IMG/VR virus record: IMGVR_UViG_3300029305_004466
Length of the DNA stretch: 64,000 nt
Source: a virus
Lineage: Duplodnaviria > Caudoviricetes
Direction: 5' to 3' (one strand)
Shown here: piece after piece, positions 19,636 through 29,000 of the stretch
Layout: the number at the start of each line of letters is the position of its first letter
How positions within the stretch are numbered: position 1 is the stretch's first letter
The notes under the pieces: generated by a model
Told to the model about the DNA's origin: nothing
Databases searched by the model: none
The model's input: the letters and a program-made list of their open reading frames with translations, nothing else
Position numbers and translations under genes: made by a program

Positions 19636-20029
19636 ATACATTAAGGGTAAGAAAATACAATTAGATGAACATATGTTATCATCATCTGAGTTAGCTACAA
19701 TGTATGGATTACAGACTGAAAATGGGCAACCACACAGTCTTATGGTATCTGCTATATTAAGAGAATACGCTCGTAAGACTAATCTTAATATAGCGGAATA
19801 CTACTATGCACATAACAGAGGATGTATGAGAGTTTACCCAGAATTGTTGTGGAAGCCAGCAATGTCTGAATTTGCATATCATAATGACATAGATATTGAC
19901 AATGGTAAACAGACAAGAATTTATAAGATTGATTACGAAAAGAAAAAGTTTGCTTATGTTGTTAATAAGAACATAAAGCAACAAAAAATTATAGATTTAA
20001 AAGAAAGGATGAAACGTAATGGGTATTAA
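19628..20029 (+). CDS. Hypothetical protein, possible HTH DNA-binding
   Basis: LSSSELATMYG helix pattern. Confidence 0.7.
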   Translation: MYEYIKGKKIQLDEHMLSSSELATMYGLQTENGQPHSLMVSAILREYARKTNLNIAEYYYAHNRGCMRVYPELLWKPAMSEFAYHNDIDIDNGKQTRIYKIDYEKKKFAYVVNKNIKQQKIIDLKERMKRNGY

Positions 20030-20852
20030 GAGATGTCCAACTTGCGGTAGTACAAAATTACTTGCAAGAAAAATAACAGGTGTACAGGTAGAATCCATAG
20101 AAAATGAATTTAAGATTAACGCTGAAGGTAAGAGCTATCAGATTGAAATCGTTGGATGTGCTCACTGTAAAGCAAATCTTAACGAATCTCAGCTTGTAGA
20201 AATGGTACAGTGTAAGAAGTGTGGCAAGTTTACAGAACCTGCAAATCTTGACGCTAACGGAGAATGCGATGTATGTAGAGCAATTCAGGAGAGACCAGAC
20301 CTTGCAAATATGTCCAGAGAAGACCTTATTCGCATGATGTTAAAGCTTGAAAGAACCGTACCACCAGTACCAGCACCTGTAACTCCAATTACAGCAGTTG
20401 ATACAGCAACTCCTACAACAAGTACAGTAGCTCAGGAAAAGATGGAAGCTGCAAGAAATGCTATGGCTAATGCAGGCGATACATTCTCCAAACAAATTGT
20501 AAAAGAAACTCAGGAAGAAGTAACAGAAATTCAACAAAATGTAAAGCAAATGCAGGAAGCTATGAATCCACCAGAAGAAGCAACAACTGATGACGCAGCT
20601 CCTAAGAGAAAAAGAGGACCACGTAAAAAGAGTGATGCCGTAACAGAAGAGGCAACAGAAGAACAGGTAAATGAATCCGCAGAAGCTATGTCCGATTTAC
20701 AGGAAGCACCGTTTCCAGAACAGGACGAAACATTAAAGGAAGTTTTTGCTCAGCAGGAAGTAGTGGTAGAACCTCAGCCTCAGGCTGTAACACCACAGGC
20801 TGCGGCTCCAAGTATGGGATTTACAATGTTTGATAACGAACAATCATTTTAG
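20019..20852 (+). CDS. Zn-finger protein with disordered acidic tail
   Basis: Four CxxC pairs at the N-terminus; P/E/Q/A-rich C-terminus ending FDNEQSF. Confidence 0.8.
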   Translation: MGIKRCPTCGSTKLLARKITGVQVESIENEFKINAEGKSYQIEIVGCAHCKANLNESQLVEMVQCKKCGKFTEPANLDANGECDVCRAIQERPDLANMSREDLIRMMLKLERTVPPVPAPVTPITAVDTATPTTSTVAQEKMEAARNAMANAGDTFSKQIVKETQEEVTEIQQNVKQMQEAMNPPEEATTDDAAPKRKRGPRKKSDAVTEEATEEQVNESAEAMSDLQEAPFPEQDETLKEVFAQQEVVVEPQPQAVTPQAAAPSMGFTMFDNEQSF

Positions 20853-20860
20853 GAGGTACT

Positions 20861-21598
20861 ATGAGTTCTGATACAATAGAATTTAAGGATGATAAAATTG
20901 TCATTCATAAAAAACAAGTAATAGACAGACTTACTGGAAAAATAACCGATGAAGATATAATGCTCAGTAAGTCATTAGTTGATAGGAATATTGCTAATAG
21001 AATGCTTACGCTGGATATTATGACTGGAAAAGGCTGTCAAGGTTGTTCAGAACTCAACAGTGAATACTTTCAGAAATGTACAAACAGAGTTTTACCATAT
21101 GGTAATTTCTCATCAAATATTATGTTTGTAAGCAAAATTCCTTCAGTGTCTGAATGTGCAAGTACTGTTACGCATTCGGATGCTGAAGGACATACATTAA
21201 TGTTGATACTTAGCAGAATGGGATTTAGTCCAGATAATCTTTACTTTACAGACTTTATAAAATGTCCAAGTAAAGCTATTTCTGTAGATGAGTGTTTACA
21301 TTGTGCAATGACTTACTTTGCAAAAGAAGTATATCAAATACAACCTAAGGCAATTGTATTTCAGGGTATTTCAGCAATGAATCTTTTATACGAAAATAAG
21401 ATTTTATTAAATCCACCAGATAAAGTGAATTACGGGATTATTTATGATTCTTATTTCGTAACAGAGGACAGACCAGTAAAAGTAATTGGCTTATACGATA
21501 TGGATGTTGTTCTTAAAAAAGAAGGTGCTGATTTGCAGCAATGCAAAAATGTAATATGGCATAACTTAACAAGTCTTGTAAAAACAATTCAGGGCTGA
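20861..21598 (+). CDS. Uracil-DNA glycosylase family 4-like protein, catalytic motifs altered
   Basis: CQGCSEL, GNFSSNIMFV, YFTDFIKCP, C..YFAKEV..IQPKAIVFQG. Confidence 0.75.
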   Translation: MSSDTIEFKDDKIVIHKKQVIDRLTGKITDEDIMLSKSLVDRNIANRMLTLDIMTGKGCQGCSELNSEYFQKCTNRVLPYGNFSSNIMFVSKIPSVSECASTVTHSDAEGHTLMLILSRMGFSPDNLYFTDFIKCPSKAISVDECLHCAMTYFAKEVYQIQPKAIVFQGISAMNLLYENKILLNPPDKVNYGIIYDSYFVTEDRPVKVIGLYDMDVVLKKEGADLQQCKNVIWHNLTSLVKTIQG

Positions 21599-21644
21599 TA
21601 TACTAAAGGAGTATTTTAATAACCTATAGAAAGGCGGTAGTATT

Positions 21645-22448
21645 ATGGGTTTTACAAATAGTCCTTTAGTAACTTATACCAACATTACAAAAAACAAGAC
21701 AAGTCCAAGAAAGCATAAGATTGATACCATTACTATTCATTGTATTGTAGGACAATGGACAGCAAAACAAGGTTGTGATTATTTTGCTACTACCGATAGG
21801 GAATGTTCTGCAAACTATGTTGTAGGTAAAGATGGTTCGATTGGTCTTTGTGTGGAAGAAAAGGATAGGTCTTGGTGTTCTGGTGGACCTAATAAGGTTA
21901 ATGGAATTTCTGGAAGCGAGAATGACCACAGAGCAATAACCATTGAAGTTGCATCTGATAAAACTGCTCCGTATGCGGTAACAGACGAAGCTTATGAAGC
22001 ATTGATTAAGCTTGTTGCTGATATTTGCAAGAGAAACGATATCAAAGAACTAAAATGGCAAGCTGATAAAAACTTAGTTGGGCAAGTAAACAAACAGAAT
22101 ATGACTGTTCATAGATGGTTTGCCAATAAGTCTTGTCCGGGAGATTATCTGTATGAAAGACATGCAGATATAGCTGAAAAAGTTAATGCAATATTAAATC
22201 CACCAAAGAAAAAGACCACCTTATATCGTGTACAAATTGGAGCTTATTCTGTAGAAAAGAACGCTTATGTACAATTAGATAAGGTTAAAAAAGCAGGTTT
22301 TACCGATGCATTCATTGCTCATGTAGGCAAATACCATAAGATACAGGTAGGGGCTTATTCTGTCAAAAAGAATGCTGATGCAATGCTTGCAAAAGTAAAG
22401 GCAAAAGGTTTTGATGCCTTTGTTACAAAAGTTGTTAAGGAGGAATAA
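21645..22448 (+). CDS. N-acetylmuramoyl-L-alanine amidase (Amidase_2) with SPOR repeats; endolysin
   Basis: ITIHC, ITIEVA, HRWFANKSCPG; two YRVQIGAY-type SPOR repeats. Confidence 0.93.
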   Translation: MGFTNSPLVTYTNITKNKTSPRKHKIDTITIHCIVGQWTAKQGCDYFATTDRECSANYVVGKDGSIGLCVEEKDRSWCSGGPNKVNGISGSENDHRAITIEVASDKTAPYAVTDEAYEALIKLVADICKRNDIKELKWQADKNLVGQVNKQNMTVHRWFANKSCPGDYLYERHADIAEKVNAILNPPKKKTTLYRVQIGAYSVEKNAYVQLDKVKKAGFTDAFIAHVGKYHKIQVGAYSVKKNADAMLAKVKAKGFDAFVTKVVKEE

Positions 22449-22450
22449 AA

Positions 22451-22765
22451 ATGACAGCACAGGAAAGATTTAAGATTTTAGGTGCAAGATGTCTTGTACA
22501 GGAAATCAAGAACAATGGCGAAACAGAAAGTGGTATCGTACTTCCGGGCAAAGAAAAGGAACAGACAAACAAGGGTATTGTACTTGCAGTTGGTGATGGT
22601 GCTATTCTTGAAGATGGTACGAAGGTTCCAATGAAAGTTGCCGTTGGCGACCATGTTCTTTATTCCAGCTTTAGCGGTTCTCCTGTTAAAGTAAATTCTA
22701 ATGATGCTGATACATATCTTGTTCTTAATGAAAGAGATATTTTCTGTATTTACAATCCTGATTAG
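22451..22765 (+). CDS. groES: Co-chaperonin GroES
   Basis: TESGIVLP, GIVLAVGDG, VAVGDHVLY, LNERDI. Confidence 0.93.
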   Translation: MTAQERFKILGARCLVQEIKNNGETESGIVLPGKEKEQTNKGIVLAVGDGAILEDGTKVPMKVAVGDHVLYSSFSGSPVKVNSNDADTYLVLNERDIFCIYNPD

Positions 22766-22776
22766 GAGATGAAACA

Positions 22777-23520
22777 ATGTTAATTAAAATTACAGATAAG
22801 TGTAACATGGGGTGCAGTCACTGTTTAAGTGACTGCACCCCTAATTTACATGACATGAAATTAAAAACTTTCATTGATGCAATGAAATTTCATGACAAGT
22901 ATTGTTTTGAAAGACCAATTATCATTTCTGGTGGAGAGCCAACTGAAAGTAGCATATTCTTAGATGTTATAGAATATTTAACTGACAATAAAACAGTTGC
23001 TCCTGTTACCGTAACGACAAATGGACTTTGGTTATCACAGAATGAATGGCTTGTAGAAGAAGTAGAAACGTATTTTCCTCTATGCTTCTTTCAGATTGTT
23101 GTTGATGATAGGTACTATCCAACTCATGTAGATGAGTCAAGTCCTATTTTCAAGCATGAAAACGTAACGCTTTGTCGTGACGTAATGCAAATATATCCTC
23201 AAGGAAGGGCTTTGCAAAATAATCTGCCCTTTCGGGCAAAAGCATCAAAGTGTTTTAATGTGCGAGCATTAACGAAGCAAATTCCAAATGTAACGTTATC
23301 CAAGCTGTTTGACACTTTAAATGCAAATGCAAAATTTTGTACGCCTCACATAGATATAGACGGGAACATTAAACTAGGTGAAAGCAGATTATGCCCTGTC
23401 TGTTCTAATATTTATAAATCAGAAGAGGAAATCATTAAAGACATTGTTAATTTTAAATGTCATCAGTGTGATTTCATCAATGATAAGTTACCAGATTTAT
23501 ATAAAAGATTTGTTGAATAG
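22777..23520 (+). CDS. Radical SAM protein with Cys-rich C-terminus
   Basis: CNMGCSHC, SGGEP, TTNG. Confidence 0.88.
   Translation: MLIKITDKCNMGCSHCLSDCTPNLHDMKLKTFIDAMKFHDKYCFERPIIISGGEPTESSIFLDVIEYLTDNKTVAPVTVTTNGLWLSQNEWLVEEVETYFPLCFFQIVVDDRYYPTHVDESSPIFKHENVTLCRDVMQIYPQGRALQNNLPFRAKASKCFNVRALTKQIPNVTLSKLFDTLNANAKFCTPHIDIDGNIKLGESRLCPVCSNIYKSEEEIIKDIVNFKCHQCDFINDKLPDLYKRFVE
22809..22841. repeat. Perfect 14-bp inverted repeat inside the radical SAM gene
   Basis: GGGGTGCAGTCACT-GTTTA-AGTGACTGCACCCC. Confidence 0.85.
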
Positions 23521-23529
23521 GAGATTGAT

Positions 23530-24333
23530 ATGGCAGATTACAAAGAACTGGAATCTCTAAAAGATTTCGAAATATTCGATGGAACATTCGAAAGTATTAA
23601 GAATCATTTATTCATGAGATTATTCAATAAGTATAATTTACCTTTAGGAAAAGAGGTAGACAGTGTTCCTCATTTTCAACATGCAGATATGGTTGCTACT
23701 TTTTCAGTAGAAGTAAAAAAATATTTCACTGGAAGAAAAGGAGTATGCTGTTACATGATTACAAATGAAGATATTGAACAGTTTGGAATCACAAAAGAAG
23801 AACTAAAGAAAATAGCAGTTAAAAACTTACAAGATAAAAATTCAGCAAGAATAGAAACAGTAAACCAACATCTTGTTAGAGCAAATATCCTTAGTCCATT
23901 AGTTAACAAAGAAGAGTTTAATGCAACAGTGCAGTTGGCTGGACCGCCAAAACAAACAGAAATTAATACGGTATTCTCAGGAGAGCAGTTTGGTCCATTA
24001 ACTTTTCAGAAAAACAAAGATGTTATGCTAATTTCTAACAGAACACAAACCTTTGCTTCCATTAACCTTGTTATTCCGGGAGTATTAAGTGAAGTTTATA
24101 ATACATTTGAAGAGAACTTTTATATTGTTCCGTCTTCAGTGCATGAATTGATTTGTGTAAAGTCTAGTTTTATTACAGACGATGGTGAAAGACCAGAAAA
24201 GCAGGCAATCGAAGACTTATCGGATATGTTAGAGCATATAAATGATGTTGTTCAAAAGAACGAAAGAAATATCTTATCCTATGGCATTTATTGTTATGTC
24301 CATGAAGATAATGGTGTAATAAAAGTATCTTGA
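23530..24333 (+). CDS. DUF5688-like hypothetical protein
   Basis: FYIVPSSVHELI motif, A..NL pattern. Confidence 0.7.
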   Translation: MADYKELESLKDFEIFDGTFESIKNHLFMRLFNKYNLPLGKEVDSVPHFQHADMVATFSVEVKKYFTGRKGVCCYMITNEDIEQFGITKEELKKIAVKNLQDKNSARIETVNQHLVRANILSPLVNKEEFNATVQLAGPPKQTEINTVFSGEQFGPLTFQKNKDVMLISNRTQTFASINLVIPGVLSEVYNTFEENFYIVPSSVHELICVKSSFITDDGERPEKQAIEDLSDMLEHINDVVQKNERNILSYGIYCYVHEDNGVIKVS

Positions 24334-24347
24334 AAAGGAGAGTAAAC

Positions 24348-25541
24348 ATGTTTGAAGTAGTTATTTTACAAAGTGTTTTAAAGACAGCATTAGACTACTT
24401 AGCCCCAACTGTCGGGAAAAATTCACAGAACTTAGGGGATGACTGCATTTCCTTAGAAGCAACTGACGTTGGTAGTTGTATTTTGTATACGACTAACACA
24501 ATTGAATCCTCAGTATTAGAGGTTGTGTGTTCAAATGCTACAAAGGCAGCTACAGCACCTTATGTTAATTTTAAAAGATTTAAAGGTATTATTGAAAGCA
24601 TTCCTTCTAATGAATACGTTACAATTAAAGAAGGTGTAAATCAGTTGTTGATTAGCTTCTCTATGAGAAAGTCACCTATTGTAATCAATGCAGATAATAA
24701 CGGTATGATTGCAAAGCCATCTATTATTGGCTCATTGCCAACAGATATGGCTGAAATTCCAGTTCACTTCTTTAATAGTGTTATCACAAAAGCCAACTCT
24801 ATTATCAGAGAAGGGGCAACAGCACAGATAATGAATTGTGTAAAGTTAACCATCGGTAATCCATCTGTTACAGCGGAAGCAATAGACGTTACATCAAAAA
24901 GAACGTTTATGATGACAGATGATTTCGGTATTAATAGTACTCCACAGACTTTCTTGATTGAAACGTCTAAAATGGCTAAGTCATTAAAGTTGCTTGAATA
25001 TTATAGTACCTTTGAAATTGGAAGCGATAATGCGTTTATCGTTATTCGTGGCATTAAGCCAATTAATACTAGCGGTAATATTATCGACAGTTATTATGTT
25101 TTGAGAAAACTGAGTGGCTCATTCCCAAATGTAGCACAGTATTATGGAGCACAATATGCCCCTGCTGAATATATCACCGTTAGCAAAAACGATATTCTGA
25201 ATTCTATTGCTAGAATAAAAGCAATTGGTGATGATACCAGTTTTGGAACAGGTATTTCAATTAAGGCAGACAAGAGTGAGTTTGGTGTTTCATTTAATTC
25301 TCAGTACGGTCAGTTAGATGACCCAGTTGACGTATACAACGGAATCAAGGGCTCTTTTAGTATGACCTTTAATCACAAAGAATTTGAAGAAGTCCTCAAG
25401 AACATTACTACAGATTATGTTGATATCGGCTTAATGGCTGGTACAGCTAGTAATTTTATCATTAAACCTTCCGGCTCATCATATACAGGTACAGACAAAT
25501 TTACAATGATTTCAAGGGCAACTCATCAGCAAACTCCTTAA
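24348..25541 (+). CDS. dnaN: DNA polymerase III beta-clamp-like protein
   Basis: About 397 aa; RKLSGSFPNV and FN.K...EVLKNI clamp-like segments; lies upstream of dnaE; AAGGAG RBS before ATG 24348. Confidence 0.75.
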   Translation: MFEVVILQSVLKTALDYLAPTVGKNSQNLGDDCISLEATDVGSCILYTTNTIESSVLEVVCSNATKAATAPYVNFKRFKGIIESIPSNEYVTIKEGVNQLLISFSMRKSPIVINADNNGMIAKPSIIGSLPTDMAEIPVHFFNSVITKANSIIREGATAQIMNCVKLTIGNPSVTAEAIDVTSKRTFMMTDDFGINSTPQTFLIETSKMAKSLKLLEYYSTFEIGSDNAFIVIRGIKPINTSGNIIDSYYVLRKLSGSFPNVAQYYGAQYAPAEYITVSKNDILNSIARIKAIGDDTSFGTGISIKADKSEFGVSFNSQYGQLDDPVDVYNGIKGSFSMTFNHKEFEEVLKNITTDYVDIGLMAGTASNFIIKPSGSSYTGTDKFTMISRATHQQTP

Positions 25542-25566
25542 ACTTTAAATAAAGAAAGGCGTTTTT

Positions 25567-26079
25567 ATTAGTTCTCGGAAAAGCCCAAAGGTCATTGCTG
25601 TCGTAGATGCAAGCGGAAAGTTTTTAAGTTTTTGTTCTAGAGAAAAAGCAAAGAAATTAGTACAAGAGCATAAAGCTTATTATATAGGCGATAAAACACT
25701 AAAGTTAAAAGTATCTAAAGTAAGAGAAGCAAGAGAGAAAAAAGAAATTGTTAAAAGTGCAAAACGTATTTGCTATATATGCAATAGAAAGATATCAGAA
25801 AAAGAAACAGCTACAGTAGACCATGTAATTCCAAAGTCAAGGAACGAATTTGCTTCCAATAAGTTTAACTTGAAATGCTGTTGTGAACGTTGTAATAATG
25901 ACAAAGCTGATATGACTCTTCTTGAGTATGTTCAACACATGAGATATAATAGAAAAGCTTACAGCTATATTTCAGATAAGAGATTAGATTATCTGGAGCA
26001 GTATGCGAAAACATACGAAAAAGACTATTATAATTTTTACATTAAGTATTTAGACAAGTTAGGGGGAGTTTATGAGTAA
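25567..26079 (+). CDS. HNH endonuclease with N-terminal PLMP/RRXRR-like segment; probable ATT start
   Basis: Frame open from 25549; AGAAAGG SD then ATT at 25567; CYIC, TVDHVIPKSR, NLKCCCERCNNDK. Confidence 0.75.
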   Translation: MSSRKSPKVIAVVDASGKFLSFCSREKAKKLVQEHKAYYIGDKTLKLKVSKVREAREKKEIVKSAKRICYICNRKISEKETATVDHVIPKSRNEFASNKFNLKCCCERCNNDKADMTLLEYVQHMRYNRKAYSYISDKRLDYLEQYAKTYEKDYYNFYIKYLDKLGGVYE

Positions 26080-29000
26080 AATTGATTTTGCACATATCCA
26101 TTGCCATACCTGTTATTCTATACAGGATGCAATGCCACAGCTAAAAGATTATGTTAATGCAATATATAAACAGAATCAGAATAGCAGTAAATATAACATT
26201 GTAGGTTTTGCAATGACTGACCATGGTGTACTTCATGGTATTACGGACCATTATCGTGCTTGTAATGAACCAGATTTTCCAGAAAGAAAAACAAAAGCTT
26301 TGTATGGTATTGAAGTTTATCATTGCGAAGATATTAATAATAATCCGAACAAAGATAGATTTCACTTGGTTCTTATAGCAAAAGATGATACAGGTCTTCA
26401 CAATATTTATAAAATAGCTTCCCATGCAGGAATGAATCTGATTGAAGGTAGACAAAAGAATTTCCCTACAACAGATTTTAATTTTCTAAAAGCACATGGA
26501 AAAGGAATAATAGCAAGTTCTGCTTGCTTAGGTGGAATTATCCCTAAACTTATAACAGATGGTCGTTATGATGATGCTAAATCATGGGCAATATCGTTTA
26601 GGGAAATCTTTGACGAATTCTATCTTGAAATACAGGCGTTAGATTGTACAGAACAGTTAATTGTAAATGCTGGACTTGTACAGATGAGCAATGAAACGGG
26701 AATCCCTTTAGTAATTACTTCTGATAGTCATTATATAAATAAAGGCGATGCTGCTTATCATAATATCTTAAAGGATATTTCACATCAGTTAAAATTCTCA
26801 GAACCAGCTCATTTAAAAACTCCAGAAGAGTTGGAAGACTATTGTATGCTTCATAATATTCCTTTGAGCTGTTTATCTAATACCGGTGTAATAGCAAGTC
26901 ATTGTACTGCTAATCCAAAGCCTGTAAATAATAGATATTTGTTACCAGTATTCCCATGTCCACAAGGTTATACGGAAGAAACTTATTTGAGAAAGTTAGC
27001 CTTTGAAGAGTTAAAAAAGAAACTTATCAAGAATAAAATACCGAATCCAACTAAGTATATCAAGGAAATGCTCTATGAATTAGAGGTTATTTGTAATGCA
27101 GGTTATGCTGGTTATTTCTTGATATTGTGGGATTGGTTTAAATGGTGTCGTGAAAATGACATATTGACTGGACCGGGAAGAGGCAGTGCTGCTGCAAGTA
27201 TTGTCTCTTATGCATTGGATATTACAAAGGTAGACCCTGTTAAGAATGGTTTCATTTTTGAAAGATTCTTAAATCCGGGAAGATTATCATTCCCAGATAT
27301 TGATACCGATATTCCAAGAAGTAAACGTGGTGAAGCTATTGCTTATTTACAGCAAAGATACGGATTTGATAATGTATCTCAGATTATTACTTTCGGTAAG
27401 TACAAACTGAAGAATGTAACTAAAGATGTCATGTCAAATCTGGGTTGCCCATTCCAAGAAGCAAATGCAATAACTAAAGATATTCCTGATATGATTGACG
27501 GTAAAGAAGTAACATGGGATTTAATTGAAGGTATTGCTACAGACCCTTCTAACGAAAAGTATACAAACTTTACCGAACAAGAAAAAGCACAGGTTGCAAA
27601 TATTTATAATAAGTATCAAGACCTGTTTAGGAAGTATCCTACAGTTTATGATGCTATTAAGTCTATTTGTGGATGTATTAAGAGTACTGGTATTCATGCA
27701 GGTGGTGTAATTGTTTGTAGAGAACCTATTAAGAATCATATGGGTATTCTTGCTCCTACTGGTTCTGCTGTATTACCTATCATTCAGATAGCGATGAATG
27801 ATTTGGAGTTCTATGGTTTTCTTAAGATAGACGCATTGGGATTATCTACTCTTGATGTAATCAAAGAAGCCATGGATTTAGCAGGGCTTGATTATGATTG
27901 GTATGATTCAGAAGACTATTCAGACTCTAAGGTATATGAAATGCTTCGTAATGATGAAACTACCGATATATTCCAGATGGCGGGTTATATGGCAACTAAG
28001 TTAATCAATGACTTTAAAGTTGATGACATAGAAGGTCTTACAGCTGTTAATGCTGGTAATAGACCGGGACCTCTTGAAAAAGACCCTAAGACTGGTAAAT
28101 CTATGACGGATTTATATACCGAAAGAAGACAAACTGGTGTAGTTCCTAGTATCGACCCAAGAATTGACCCGTTACTTACTAAAACATTTGGTTGTATCTG
28201 GTATCAGGAAGACTGTATGAACTTAGGAAAAGTAATGGCAGGTTATGATGCAGGTGGAGCAGACAGTCGTATTCGTACAGTTCTGGGTAAGAAAAAGATG
28301 AAAATGATACCAGAAATACGAAACGAATTCGTATACGGTAAAGCGTCTATATTTAATGAAAAGCATGAAGTTACTGGCATGTCAGAAGATAATTCTAAAT
28401 GGTGTGCTGGTGCTATCAATCATGGCTTCTCTGAAGAACTCGCAAAGCAAATCTTCGAATCCATGGAAGCATTTGCTAAGTATTCTTTTAATAAAAGTCA
28501 TGCTTTCTGTTATGCTGTAGTAGCGTATAAGACTGCTTATTTGTCTTTGTATTATCCTGTTGAATTTGCTATTGCAAACTGTACGGTAAATGAAGAAGAA
28601 GAGAAGATAGTTGCAACGTTATCTTTAGCCAAGAAAAGAAAAATACCTGTTCTAGCCCCAGACATTAACAAATCTGGTACTGGATTTAGTTATGAAATGG
28701 ATGGAGTAAAAGAGTGTGTAAGATATGGCTTAAAGGCTATTAAAGGTGTTGGGGCTAAAGTTGTGGAGTTTATATCCAAGTATAAGCAATTAACAAAAAC
28801 CACGTTCGCAGACTTCGATGATTTTTACAATAAGATTCATGCAGACGATGCTATCGTAAACAATTTGGTTAACGAAATAAGAGTGCAGACAGGAAAGAAC
28901 AGCCCTAATCCTATGAAGAAAGACGTAGAAGTAGCATTAATTCTTTCTGGTGCATTTGATTATTGTGAGCCAAATAGATACAAACTTCTCAATCATTATG

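Noticed and set aside
23225-23238. TGCCC-TTTC-GGGCA, similar to the recurrent hairpin motif
   Set aside because: Inside a CDS, different loop, and lacks the downstream TA[GT]WW element
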